The notes under the pieces were generated by a model, which was given only the letters and a program-made list of their open reading frames with translations, was not told the origin of the DNA and searched no databases. Position numbers and translations under genes: made by a program. Source: Octopus vulgaris (Eukaryota). From it: 64,000 nt of DNA. Each line of letters starts with the position of its first letter. The first letter of the stretch is position 1. The stretch lies in contig OX597822.1 of assembly GCA_951406725.2 (NCBI GenBank), forward strand, positions 59,272,001 through 59,336,000, written 5' to 3'. Below are positions 40,435 through 55,668 of the stretch, piece after piece.

Positions 40435-40850
40435 AGGCGCAGGTGCGGCTGTGTGGTAAGTAGCTTGCTTACCGACCACATGAATCCGGGCTCAGTCCCA
40501 CTGCGTGGCACCTTGGGCAAGTGTCTTCTACTATAGCCTCGGGACAACCAAAGCCTTGTGAGTGGATTTGGTTGACAGAAACTGAAAGAAGCCCGTCGTA
40601 TATATGTATATACGTATGTACGTGTGTGTATGTGTTTGTGTGTCTGTGTTTGTCACTCCAACATCGCTTGACAACCGATAATGGTGTGTTTACGTCCCTG
40701 TCACTTAGCGATTCGGCAAAAGAGACCGGTAGAATAAGTACTAGGCTTACAAAGAATAATTCCTGGGGTTGATTTGCTCGATTAAAGGCGGTGCTCCAGC
40801 ATGGCCGCAGTCAAATGACTGAAACAAGTAAAAGAGTAAAGAGAGAGTAA
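40435..40850 (+). mobile_element. CORE-like SINE, full length
   Basis: aggcgcaggtgcggctgtgtggtaag ... gaaacaagtaaaagagta. Confidence 0.92.
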
Positions 40851-41049
40851 GTATATAGACTCCCACTATCTGTTAATGTTTTGAGAGAGAAGGAGAGAGA
40901 GAGAGTGAAAGAGAGAGAGGGAGAGGGAGAGAGAGAGAGAGAGAGAGGGAGAGAGTGCATGAAACTTCGTGCCTATGCGTTTTCAGCGTGTCAGTGCTTA
41001 CACAAATACTTGTTTTTAACATAAGCTCATAGCAAAAATTTGTGTGGGA

Positions 41050-42240
41050 GGAAATCAATCGATGTCATCGATCCCAGTTCTCGGCTGGTACTTTATTTTA
41101 TCATTCCTGAAAGGATGAAAGCTGAAGTTCACCTGGCGAGATTTGAACTCAGAACGTAAGGAGTTGATTTTTATACGCTCAAATAATTCTGCCATTAGAG
41201 TACCTTTGCACTTACACAAATTGTAACATGGAAAGGAATAAAAAAATGAACAATTTCTTCTATATATGAAGAAATGTCTATGTTTACCAAGGAATTTTAT
41301 TCATTATACACGCATAGCGCACCAGGAAGTACGAATATTAATATTGATTTCAAATTTTGGCACAAGGTCAGCAATTTCGGGGAAGGGATAAGTCGATTAA
41401 TCGACGCCAGTACTCAACTGGTATATATTTTATCGACCCCCAAGGGATGAAAGGCGAAGTCGACCTTGGTAAAATTAGAACTCAAAACGTGAAGACGGAC
41501 GAAATACCTCTAAACATTTCCCCCGGCGTGCTAACGATTCTTATTTCTTTATTGCCCACAAGGGGCTAAACAGAGAGGGAACAAACAAGGACAGACAAAG
41601 GGATTAAGTCGATAACATCGACACCAGTGCGTAACTGGTACTTAATTTATCGATTCCGAAGGGATGAAAGTCGACCTTGGCAGAATCTGAACTCAAAACG
41701 TGAAGACGGACGAGATACCTCTAAACATTTCGTCCGGCGTGCTAACGATTCTGCCAGCTCGCCGTCTTAGTATATTATTGGTTTCAAATTTTAGCATAAG
41801 GCCAGCAATTGCCGGGGGGGGGGGAGTCGATTGAATCGACCCCAGTACTTATTTTACTAACTCCTAAAGTATGAAAGACAAAGCTGACTTCGGTGGAATT
41901 TGAAATCAAAATGTAAGGCCGGACGAAATGCCGCCAAGCATTTTTCCCGGCGTGCTTAACGATTCTATCAGCTCGCCGTCTTCTTCCTTAGTACAAATAT
42001 TAATATTGATTTCAAACTTTAGGGAGGCGAGCTAGCTGAATCATTACCGCACTGGGAAAAATGCTTAGCAGCATTTCGTCCACCTTTACGTTCTGAGTTC
42101 AAATGCCGCCGGGATCTAATTTGCCTTTTATACTTTCGAGGTCAATTAAATAAGTACCAGTTGAACACTGGTGTCGATATAATTAACTTATCTCCTCCTC
42201 CGGAATTCCTGGCCTTGAGTCAAAAATTGAAACTGATATT
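41050..42240. mobile_element. cluster of at least five Nin/Deu-domain SINE units
   Basis: Minus units at ~41060-41160, 41350-41768 (two) and 41780-41980; plus unit at 42025-42240. Confidence 0.88.
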
Positions 42241-42618
42241 AACGATCGTAATTTCGAGTGTATTTTGTGCTTATTTCATAGCATCTATATCAAATTACAA
42301 CATTTCAACTCTACTCTAGACTATTGAGTACTTTCTATCTATTAAATAAAGACAAGCCAGGTGATGTAGGGAGAAAATATATGTAAATATGGACTGTGTG
42401 GGAATAATATAATCTCACATAATCTAAAATCATATGTGCATATACATATGAGTAGATGTATGTATATATACGTATATGCATATTTACATAACTAAATATA
42501 TATACTCTCACACCCATATCCCGCTGGATATAAATTGTGTATTATTTGGAAACATACGTTTTAAATTTTAGATTTCACACCGTGTGACTAATGGCATTAA
42601 TACTGCGGATCACAGAGA

Positions 42619-42679
42619 TTCTATCTCTTTATTTTGCCTGATGAAGGGTACATTTCCCGAAACAAAATGTTAGATAGAA
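42619..42679 (+). ncRNA. hammerhead-like motif, canonical core but interrupted stem I
   Basis: ttctatct [ctttattttgc] CTGATGA a GGG tacattt CCC GAAA c aaaat g TT agatagaa. Confidence 0.5.
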
Positions 42680-42780
42680 AACTGGTAAAAAGGTAAGATC
42701 ATGTATAACTCTTTTATATTGTGCTTCCGTTTATTCTATAACTCAATAAGGTAGCCCAAAATATTTCGTATAAACGACTT

Positions 42781-42913
42781 GTGGGAGAGCAGGAGGAAGG
42801 TATCCTCAAACCGGATACTTGACCCGAATGCTTGCAAAAGAATGACCTCCGCTAAAGAATTCCAAGTACTAGTAAGTGGTATTAAACCGGGCGATAAATT
42901 CAATATACCACTC
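42781..42913 (+). repeat. unclassified dispersed repeat (copy 3 of 3)
   Basis: tatcctcaaaccggatacttgacccgaatgcttgcaaaaga..acctccgctaaaga. Confidence 0.65.
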
Positions 42914-43504
42914 AGTTAGGCCATGGCGGGATTTGAACACAGAACATAAACAGCTTCAATATATAGTGTAAGTCATCTGGTCTACTGGCCTGGGTAGGTA
43001 ACTTTTTTCATCCAAAAGGATGAAAGGTAAAGTTGATATCGGTGGAATTTTAACCCAAGACGCCGAGAGTCGGAGCAAATATCACGTGACATTCAGGAAA
43101 TCCGACGCTCTAACGACTTTATCAATGCACATGCATTTATATAATAATGTAAGGCCTTCTTTGCTCAGGGTCGCCCCTGCATCTGTATCTGGAAAGTCCT
43201 TCTCTAACGTTGTCTCAGGAATTTTCTTTTTTTCCGTGGAAGACGAGTAGTTTTCTGAACAGCAGATCTCTTTCCATGCTATAGGCTGAATAGCTTAATA
43301 ATAGTGTCGTACTCAGAATATAAAAAGCTAACAAGTACACATTCATGGTGATTGCTCAATCTTCACAGATGATTGCTTTCTCCTCCTTATGCTTCCTCGT
43401 TATCTATAGAATTTCTGACTTCCCGTCTATTACCTCTCAGATAACTGTTCTGTCCCGTTGCAAATCTGCATAATTTGGGACATAGTGACAGGCCAAAGTC
43501 ATAG

Positions 43505-43660
43505 GTCACTGCGCACTTCCAACTAGTTAAGTCTGCACACGTCATCACTTTTCCATTATCATAGGACTTTCAATAGTTGAAATGATGAATAAGGTCACCG
43601 TAAAGAGACATCTGTGCATCATTTGATTGTTACGATAATCGCTTGTACAACACGAATATA
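43505..43660. repeat. second unclassified dispersed repeat (copy 3 of 3)
   Basis: Aligns to 11225-11390. Confidence 0.75.
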
Positions 43661-43882
43661 CTTGTGCCAATTTCATTTCATTCGCAGGTGCCATGAATGT
43701 AGTTGCCTGTGGACATTGCATGATATTCACTCAGTATGCTTCCACAGTCTATATTTTAGCTCTGTTTCTTTAACTGTTTGTTTTAGCTCCATCTCTACTT
43801 ATCTTACGGATTTTCCACTTTCGTTGATTTCACTCTTCATTTTCATTTTATAAATATCCAACAACATTACACAACTTATGAA

Positions 43883-43930
<48 letters not shown>

Positions 43931-44112
43931 TATACACAGAGACAGCAAAGGACTCGGATCTTCTCTGTTAGGTCCACACTTTTCAATTCCTTTAATTTTG
44001 TTCCAATTGATTTTAAATTTAGTGTATTGATGTAGTTTTGTATGCTAATGAAATTTATCTTGTCATAAACTAATAAATAAAAATTAATAAAAAAATAAAT
44101 AAAAATTAATGT

Positions 44113-44527
44113 AGGCGTAGGAGTGGTGGTGTGGTAAGTAGCTTGCTTACCAACCACATGGTTCCGGGTTCAGTCACACTGCGTGGCACCTTGGGCAAGT
44201 GTCTTCCACTATAGCCTCGGGCCGACCAAAGCCTTGTGAGTGGATTTGGTAGAGGTAACTGAAAGAAGCCTGTCGTATATATATATATACGTATATATAT
44301 GTGTGTGTGTGTTTGTGCTTGTCCTCCCCAACATCGCTTGACAACTGGTGTGTTTAGGTCCCCGTAACTTAGCGGTTCGGCAAAAGAAACCGATAAAATA
44401 AGTACTAGGCTTACAAAGAATAAGTCCTGGGGTCGATTTGCTCGACTAAAGGCGGTACTCCAGCATGTCCGCATGTCCGCGGTACTCCAGCATGTCCGCA
44501 GTGAAATGACTGAAACAAGTAAAAGAG
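44113..44527 (+). mobile_element. CORE-like SINE, full length
   Basis: Matches 40435-40850; local duplication of gcggtactccagcatgtccgc in the tail. Confidence 0.92.
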
Positions 44528-44644
44528 CATTTAAAGTTTGCAGGTTTTGGGTAATTTTAGCCAATTGTAAGCCACAGACACATCCATGCCTGTTTCCATA
44601 GTAACAAACCAAGGTATAGTCAAGCCTTAATAGACTATACCTTG

Positions 44645-45060
44645 TTGATCGTTGAGATAGACGAAATAGTCTTCTTAAGTCGAAAATACAATGAAGGATG
44701 GGTGCTACCTGTGTAGTGGGTTTTCGGAGGAGTGCGCCGCGAGACCAGACATGTCTTTGTTTATGTTGTACCATATCGGAATCAGGATAGACTGGAGAAA
44801 TGCATACGCCAGTCGATTCTTCAAGGAACTACATACAATTTTCTGTGACTTGTAGAGGGCCTACCCTTACAATCCTGAAATTGATGGTTATACTTTTCGA
44901 TACAGAACAGGGAACGAAAAGCGTTGAGTTCATTAACAAGACAAAAGATGGTACCCACACTCAACAAGTGGAAAGCTCTTGGGACTCTGTAAAACAAAGT
45001 AATTAACAATGCTGTGACATTCGTATCTCTGGGAGTTTATGTGGTGCAGGAGATATGAAA
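44645..45060 (+). pseudogene. Merlin (IS1016/ISXO2-like) DDE transposase remnant
   Basis: IVEIDE..RKYN.G...*WVFGGVRRET..F..VP.R, GTHTQQVESSW and EFMW match Merlin motifs VEIDES / WVFGG / HTQxIESxW / EFMW. Confidence 0.82.
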
Positions 45061-46365
45061 ATTGTAATTTGCTTAACAAACTCCTAGAATTGCATCGCAA
45101 ACTTTTGATTTTGAATTTAGCTATAAAATATGTATTGTATACATGAACTAAACTATAGGTTATTCATTTATTTGTTTATTTATTTTTGTAATTTAATGGT
45201 CTGTTTTTTCGTAATTTAACGTTTGTTTTTTGTTTGTAATCATTTGTAAAAAAGAAAAAAAAACCAAAAAACTTTCATTGAGGATTTTTGTTTTTTAAAT
45301 TTTCTACATGCCTGCCCCGACATTTCACATGACTTTATTCTTTAAAAGTTATTAAAACTTCCGTCGTCAACTTCGAGGTCGTAATGTTTTGTCTAATGTT
45401 GTCATAGACAGCTATCACGCAGAAAATGCCAGCTTCCAAATCCTGTTTTCTGATTGGGTAAAAATAATCAAAGTTTAAGCCTCGGAACAGTTTTCTAAAA
45501 TTTTTCTGAGACAAATAATATCATCAAATATTGCAAGAAAAATTACATTAATTTACTATATTTGAAAATTCCCTCTTAATTTTGAAATTTCAAGTGTGTA
45601 CCAAACAGAAAATATCCAGTTACTCAGTACAAATGTGTTGTATAATTTCTATAATACATTCAGACAGTGACTTTGAATCTTTCCTGTTGTGTATATTTTT
45701 CAGCTCCGTAAGCGACTCTTATGTAACGTAAACTTTAGTTGACGTTTACTGTACCTGCTACTATAGTAGTACATAACCTATTTTATACATAAATATACAC
45801 ACTCACACATGACTACATGCATGTGTGCATACGTACTTATACGCGGACACAGTGCGTATACACACATACATGCGCGCACACACATGTGTGTGTATTTGTG
45901 TATGTGTGTATACACGCATGCAGAAGAAATATATGAAATACATATATATATACTATGTAGGTATGTGTGTGTGTGTACGCGCGAGTGTATACATATATAC
46001 ACATGCATACATGCTAAGAGAATGAATGGGAAGCAGAGAGAAGAAAGGGAAAGAGAGAGAGAGGGGAGAGAGAGAGAGAGAAAGAGGGAGAGAGAGAACT
46101 AATGAATTTAAAATCTGATTGAAATTTACAGACGAGGAAACCTCTTACATTTAAGATGTGAGACACATTTCTGGGTATATTACTTGTTAGCAAAAAGAAA
46201 CCTAATTAATAGGTCGTCAGTTCGTTCCGTACATATCAATCCATTTTAAACTAATATGAGAAAAGCAATTCCTAAACTAATATATTTTCACTGGTTGATG
46301 ATTTTTCCGTACCACTACGGTAACAGTTATTAAATAGAGGTTGCATTATACACACACACACACAT

Positions 46366-46415
<50 letters not shown>

Positions 46416-46416
46416 A

Positions 46417-46481
<65 letters not shown>

Positions 46482-46493
46482 ACACATATATAG

Positions 46494-46741
46494 TGGAGGC
46501 GCGTGGCTTAGTGGTTAGGGTGTCAGCATCATGATCGTAAGATTGCGGTTTCGATTCCTGGACCGGGTGACGTGTTGTGTTCTTGTGCAAAACACTTCAT
46601 TTCACGTTGCTCCAGGCCACTCAGCTGGCAAAAATGAGTAACGCTGCGATGGACTGGCGTCCCGTCCGGCTGGGGAACACATACGCCATTGAAACAGGGA
46701 AACCGGGCCCATGAGCCTGGCTAGGCTTTAAAAGGGCGCAT
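46494..46741 (+). mobile_element. tRNA-derived SINE (type D)
   Basis: ggaggcgcgtggcttagtggttaggg, ggtttcgattcct B box, gcgatggactggcgtcccgtcc tail. Confidence 0.9.
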
Positions 46742-47324
46742 TTATTTTATTATACACATACATAAATATATATATATATATATATATATACAAAGTAAGT
46801 TTATTTTTACATATAAATACTTACTTGGAAGTGGATGCGTGGCGTTCAATTAATTAATAGTATAAACAGGACGTCACAAACTGTAAACAACATGAAGTAT
46901 GAAAACAACAAACGAGTAAAATACGCAAACAATGAGAGAAAAAATGGAAAACGGGACAAGTAACACGAAGAACGGCTCTTCATCAGTTGTCGGCTGTTTA
47001 CCTACACCTCATATTCATATACATATATAAGTTTGTGTGTGTGTCTGTGTGTGTGTTATACATTATATATATAATACATTATATATATTATTGTTTCCCA
47101 ATAGGAAAAGTACTCCATCCCGTGAGAGGTAAATATCTAATGCACACAGTGTAAAAATACGGCTACTAATAGCTTCATGTATTGGAAAAGCGAATCTAGG
47201 TGAGTTTTTAAAACATGTCTTGTGTCTGCAAGCAATCTTCGGGCTTCCTTATACATACATGCATGCATACATATATCATATATATATGCATATATACATA
47301 TGTGTATGTATATTTATATATCAC

Positions 47325-47623
47325 TTTAAATTAGCGGTTCGGCAAACGAGACCGATATAACTAGCACTAGGCTTACAAAGAATAAGTACTGTGGTCGATT
47401 TGTTCGACTAAAGGCGGTGCTCCAGCATGGCCGCAGTGAAATAACAAATAAATAATATGAATACACACACACACACACACACACATGCACACACACACAC
47501 ACACATGCACACACACACATACACTCACAAATACACTCACACATATATGCATATGTTTTATATAAATAATATGAATACACACACACACACATACACTCAC
47601 ACATACACTCACACATATATGCA

Positions 47624-47669
<46 letters not shown>

Positions 47670-48035
47670 ATATCTTTTCTTTTACTTGTTTCAATCATTA
47701 GACTGCAGCAAGCTGGGTCACCACTTCGAAGAATGCTTAGTCGAATGAATCGACCCAGAATTTTTTGTTAAGCCTGGTATTTACTGTATCATTGTCTATT
47801 GCCGAACCGCTCAGTTATTGGGACGTAAACAAATCAACACCGGTTGTCAAGCGGTAGGGTAGGGGACAAGCAGAAGAGAGAGAGATACACATTCGCATAT
47901 ATATACGAGAGGCTTCTTTTAGTTTCCGTTTACCAAACCACTCACAAAGGATCGGGCCAACACTTGCCCACAGCGCCACGCAGTGGGACTGAACCCGGAA
48001 CCTTGTGGAAGCAAACTTCTTACCACATAGCCACA
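47325..48035. mobile_element. two CORE-like SINE pieces tail-to-tail (plus 47330-47440; minus 47675-48035)
   Basis: Matches to the SINE tail in both orientations. Confidence 0.8.
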
Positions 48036-48041
48036 CCTCTA

Positions 48042-48403
<362 letters not shown>

Positions 48404-48446
48404 CATATTTCTTTAAGCATACACATGTATACCTACGAACACATAC

Positions 48447-48479
<33 letters not shown>

Positions 48480-48505
48480 TGTATGTATGTATGTATGTAT
48501 GTATG

Positions 48506-48565
<60 letters not shown>

Positions 48566-48623
48566 TATGTATACGGAAAAATAGTCAAGGTACAAAAGCT
48601 AAAATAATTTTATAAAAAACATT

Positions 48624-48695
<72 letters not shown>

Positions 48696-48724
48696 TGTAT
48701 GTATGTATGTATGTATGTATGTAT

Positions 48725-48742
48725 GTTGAAAAGGAACACGCG

Positions 48743-48777
<35 letters not shown>

Positions 48778-49134
48778 ACCTAGGTAGAAATGGTAGAATA
48801 ATCTTATAAAAAACATTTCAGTAGCGTTTTCGGTTATTGAGACTGTAAGTATGGAAAACAATTGAATTTTGGAAAAATTAAATGAAAAGTTTTTTAAAAG
48901 AATATTTGCATAGTATTCAAATACAAGGGGCATTTTCTTTGTTTCTGCCTGTCTCTGTCTCTCTTGGAAAATTCCCTTTGTATTTGAATACTATGCATAT
49001 ATTCTTTTACGAAACTGTTCATTTAATTTTTCCAAAATTTAATTGTTTTCCATACTTACAGTGGAAAAAGTCTCATTGACCGAAAACGGGACTGAAATGT
49101 TTTTTTATAAAATTATTTTAGCATTTTCTACCTT

Positions 49135-49170
<36 letters not shown>

Positions 49171-49194
49171 CGACTCGTGTGTTCCTTTTCAACC
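48725..49194. repeat. long inverted repeat (probable inverted pseudo-LTR pair)
   Basis: 48782-48935 is the diverged reverse complement of 48968-49134; outer gttgaaaaggaacac / gtgttccttttcaac and the microsatellites are mirrored too. Confidence 0.85.
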
Positions 49195-49214
49195 TATCTA
49201 TATACATACATACA

Positions 49215-49635
<421 letters not shown>

Positions 49636-49636
49636 A

Positions 49637-49668
<32 letters not shown>

Positions 49669-49669
49669 G

Positions 49670-49724
<55 letters not shown>

Positions 49725-49725
49725 C

Positions 49726-49808
<83 letters not shown>

Positions 49809-50589
49809 CATTCATACATACATATATATACATACATTTATGTTTGTATACATGAATATATGTATTTATATACTCACACATATCCTCACATGCATGCATA
49901 CATGCAAACAAACATGTGTATCAATTATTTTTGAGTCCAGATCAAATAAAAGCTCCGATTCCTTAGCGTATGTGTGTGCAAGTTCTCATTAGATTACACT
50001 TCTGTGAAGGCATTCCTACTGGTATTCTTTCGGTACAAGTCTCATAAGTGACAAATGAAAATCAGCAGTTTTGTGTGTGTGTTTGTATGAGGGGGTATTT
50101 CGATATTACACCGAAAGAATGCCAAGAATAATTGATTCTGATTTAAGCACAAAGCCAGTGAGTTTCATTGGAGGCATTTAATTAATGACATTGATCCAAG
50201 TACATAACTGGTACCTCAAAAATCATCCTCGAAAGGATTTAATGGGGAGCTGGTCTCTGTGGGATTTGAACTGAGAAAGCAAAGAGCAGGAGCAATGTTG
50301 CAAAGCTTTTCCCCGACGCCTTGACATTCTGTCATCTCGTCAACCTAATCAACAAATATTATGTATGTATATGTCTGTATATGCATGAGTGTGCATATGT
50401 TTATGTAAACAAATGCATACATGCATACACAAGTGCATGGGTATGCGTGTATTTGTATATGTGCGTTGGTGTGTATGCACGTGTGCGCGTGTACGCATGT
50501 GCGTATGTACATGTATAGAAATGCACAAACGAATGCGCGTGTGTATATGTATGCATGTAGTTGTATAGGTGAGTGTGTGTTTGTTTGTT

Positions 50590-50665
<76 letters not shown>

Positions 50666-51291
50666 TGTGTGTGTACTTGTGTACAGATGTCATTCAACAT
50701 ACTGAAAATAGTACCCACATACCTTGCCAAAACAACTTTCCTTTCCCTCCCTCATGACACAGATAAAGTGGTTAGGCTGAAAAAAGAAGGTGAATGACGT
50801 CGTCTCCTCATACATACGCTACACATACTAATATCCATTAATATCCATTCACGTATTTAAAAGACAAACAAATACTATTTTAGATAAGTCATTAAAAATA
50901 ATAAATGGAATGGTCATGGTTGTATCAGAACTCGCCTCCAAGCTATAACGACTATCTCATATTTGCAATCAAAGTGTTGAAATATATCTGTTGTGTCTCA
51001 ATAGTTTGTTGTTCGATAATTCTATACAACCTGTTAACGGCGATTAACAGAGTTTGCTTTCATAGAAAGAAGGGTTGCTTCTCAACCACCTGATTTCGGT
51101 TTCAGTCACACTTCCCGGTATCTTAAGTCCTGGGCCAAATAATGCTTTGTGAGTGAATTTGATAGACGAAAAGTCTAGTGGACCCCCCGTGCATATATAT
51201 AAAAGACTTTTCCATTCTGCCCGAGCGTTAAGCTATACACCTGCTTGTTGCCCCTACACCTGTCTTCGTCTTTTCTTTTCTGTAAATTTGA

Positions 51292-51366
<75 letters not shown>

Positions 51367-51459
51367 AGACAAACACACATACACACACATATAAATGCAT
51401 ATACATACAAATATATATACACACCCACACACAAGTATATACATACATACATACATACA

Positions 51460-51494
<35 letters not shown>

Positions 51495-51658
51495 GCGCAC
51501 ACATGTATGTATATATGTATGTCTTTTTGTTTGTGTATGTCACCGATCTACCACGTGAGACCCGCTCCGTAACATAGCAGTTCGGCCTAGGTGATCGATA
51601 GAATAAGACACCAGACTAAAAATATATTGAGGCTTCGATTAGTTCAGCTAAATGATTC

Positions 51659-52070
51659 AGGCGCAGGAGTGGCTGTGTGGTATGTAGCTTCCTTACCAAC
51701 CACATGGTTCTGGGTTCCCATCCCACTGAGTGACACCTTGGGCAAGTGTCTTCTACTATTGCCTCAGGCCGACCAAAGAAAGCCTTGTGAGTAGATTTGG
51801 TAGAGGAAAAAAAAAATATATATGCGTGTCTGTGTTTGTCCCCCTCACCATCGCTTGATAACTGATGTTGGTGTGTTTACGTCCCCGTAACCTAGTGGTT
51901 CGGCAAAAGAGAACCGATAGAATAAGTATTAGGCTTACAAAGAATAAATCCTGGGGCTGATTTGTTCGATTAAAGGCGGTGCTCCAGCATGGTTGCAGTT
52001 AAATGACTGAAAACAAGAAAAGGCTGCGCTCCAGTATGGCCGCAGTACAATGACTGAAACAAGTGAAAGG
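51659..52070 (+). mobile_element. CORE-like SINE with duplicated tail
   Basis: Matches 40435-40850. Confidence 0.9.
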
Positions 52071-52441
52071 TAATAAAAAATCAAAAATAGAAAAAAAATA
52101 TCAATTTAACAACTCAATTTTCGTATCGACGAAGACTGTTTAAGTGTTGTTCGTACATTGTCGGGTGATGGCAGTATATACGCAAACACGAGTATGTCGC
52201 TGGTTAATATCCATTGTTTTAAGAAAAATGATGAGAGGGTCAGGTGTGAGGAACTCGGAATGATCACGGTGCGACCAACTTTACGGTATGATGAGCCTCC
52301 TGAAAGATCATGCTTTCGCGTACCGCGCATATGTGCATGCGCAAATGAATCAGACTTGTTATTTTCGATTTTAGAATATTTTTCATTCAGACGCTTAGCT
52401 ACGGGTATACCCATATATGCATATAAACAGGTACGTATGTA

Positions 52442-52549
<108 letters not shown>

Positions 52550-52654
52550 ATGAGAGTCTGTATTTACGTACGCACACATGTATGTACATAAATACATTTA
52601 TACTTAAATATAGTTTACATAGCTATATATGTTTGTACATACATGTATACATAA

Positions 52655-52693
<39 letters not shown>

Positions 52694-53679
52694 CATGTAT
52701 TGTTGTTGTTGTGAAGTTCATACATAAATACATACGCTCACACACATCAATATATTTATACCAACATACCCTCATATATATGAATACATACACACACACA
52801 CACATATTGATATGATATACACATATATAAATGCATGCACAAAAGCCCACACCCATATCGATACAAAACATTTTATATAACACATTGTGTGTGTTTGTGC
52901 GTGTATATATGTGTGTGTGTGTGTGTGCGTGCGTACGTGTGTGTGTTTGCGTGCGTACGTGGGTGCGTATGTGTGTCTCTGGGTATGTTTGTGATTGAAG
53001 TGGTGAATGAATGTGTTTACGTGTTGTTGAGTGTGAGTTTGTATTTTGAGTTTACAAAAATAAAAGAAAGACCAAAGCATAAAATTTTAGAAAGAAATAT
53101 TCAATGAAATAATGATATTTACCTGGTATAAACAACAGTAGTAAACAACACAGGATAAAGGTGTTTATCCGGATTTTGGGAGCACTAAAGTGCGCAATAT
53201 TTAACACGAAACTTTTGAGATCACTACATTGCTAGTGTGTTTAGTATGAAGTTGAGTGAGAGAACGAAAAGAAGGAAAACGAGGAAGAGAGTGAGAAAGA
53301 GAGAGAGAGAGAGACTGAGAGGGAGGAAGATAGAGAGAGGGAATGAGAGAGGGAATGAAAGAGAGAAAGAAAGTGTGAGATAGCATGTGTGTGAGTGTGT
53401 GAGTGTGTGTGATAGAATGGGAGAGAAAATCGCATGTGTATGTGTACATGTATGTATGTATGTATGTATGTATGTATGTATGTATGTATGTATGTATGTA
53501 TGTATGTATGTATCTATCTATCTATACTCACATATATATACGTATACATGCATACAAAAATCATATATAGAAATATGGATAAACAGATCACATTCTCTCT
53601 TTCTCTGAGATTGTCTTCGTCTCTCTTTCTCCCCTTATATACATACCTACATGTACACACACGCACACACACTCACACA

Positions 53680-53737
<58 letters not shown>

Positions 53738-54313
53738 CATACACGAGAACGGCGAACCGACGGACTCGCCCGGTGTCAGAAAAATTGTCTTGCGCTGCTT
53801 GTGTTTCGAATCTATACATTCTGAGTTCAAATCCTAACAAGTGCAACTTTGTGTTTCATCCCTCCAGATCAAGGTTCACCTAAACGACTAACCCTTTCCG
53901 GTCGAATTAGAGAACAAGATGAATTAGTAATGCAGGTTAGAGCGTCGGATAGAGTCCTGCGTGCTATTTGTTTCAACTCACGGCACTCGGAGTTCAATTT
54001 CTCACAAGCTCAACATTACCTTTCATCCTATCGGTAAACTGGAGGAATTGCAAGAACCTCAGGTCGGATGCCTCACAATATTCGTCACGGTTCTTTGCGT
54101 TGTGAGTCCATATCCTATCATATCTATCATGAGTTGTGTCAAACTGGGTGCCAAACCGATTAAGTATACGTACTTCCCATCACCACGGAGACCAGTGAAG
54201 GGTCATAAGCACTGTTTATGACCCTTATATATATATAAGGGTCATCACCCCTTATATATATATAAGTGCTTTACACTGTATAGCTATACTCATTTGTAAG
54301 TACCGTATAACTG

Positions 54314-54358
<45 letters not shown>

Positions 54359-54553
54359 GGTAGTTTTGACTTTAAGAGTCCCTCCTAGCGTGAGGCATTT
54401 ATGTATAGTAATGCCCTTAATATAAATAAATATATTTATAGGCAATAAATTATTAAAATTGTCCCTTGTGAGGTTTTTCACGCTAACTACTTGATACTTT
54501 CTTATAAAAATTTTATCCTATTTTAAAACTGCACCCCCCCCGACACACATATA

Positions 54554-54589
<36 letters not shown>

Positions 54590-54641
54590 AATATACATAT
54601 AAATATATATATATATATATGTACACATATATTATATATGA

Positions 54642-54672
<31 letters not shown>

Positions 54673-54703
54673 AGTACGTATGTATGTGTGTGCGTGTGTG
54701 TGT

Positions 54704-54745
<42 letters not shown>

Positions 54746-55053
54746 GGGAAGTATAAAAAAAATGAAGCAGAAAAAGTCAGACGTATACAGTGAATATATT
54801 AGATTGACGCTCAGTGAAAGATGGATATACATGCACACGTACATACATACATACATACATACATACATACATACATACATACACGCACACATATATAATA
54901 CATATGTAGGCATATGTATGTACACACATACGCACAGGGACACATATATATACATACACATATAGGTCAACATACGCAGAAGAGTACAGTGTACTCACAA
55001 AGGCAGCATTTATATAATACGCAGGCACGTACATACACACATTCACAAACACC

Positions 55054-55089
<36 letters not shown>

Positions 55090-55314
55090 CGCATTCACTT
55101 ATTTCAAGATGAATGAACGAAAAGTCTGCTAAACGACGCCCACCCACACACATACACACGCACACACGCACACTTACACAAATACACTCACACACACACA
55201 CACAAATACACTCAGGTACACAAGATAGCACTTACACAAAGGCATACACATACATGCCCGAACATGTACGCAAACATCCATCCGTATAAACACGCATTCA
55301 TTCACACTTAATCA

Positions 55315-55359
<45 letters not shown>

Positions 55360-55633
55360 AGGAAAACACGAAATTGTACGTAGGTTGATGGTTTCAATTA
55401 ATTAAATAAATATACGTGTGAATTAATTCAATTATTTGTTAATTAGCTGGCTTGCTGTTTAAGTACTTTACACTGTACAGCTATACTCATTTGTAAGTAC
55501 CGTATAAATGCACTAATGCATACATACATACATACATACATACATACATACATACATACATACATACATACATACATACATACATACATAACTTACCGTA
55601 ACAACATAACATGCGTGCATATATACTTACAGA

Positions 55634-55668
<35 letters not shown>

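Noticed and set aside
46965-46995. CTGATGA on the minus strand in a (TA)n-flanked fragment
   Set aside because: No GAAA after the putative stem II, so not a hammerhead in this copy.
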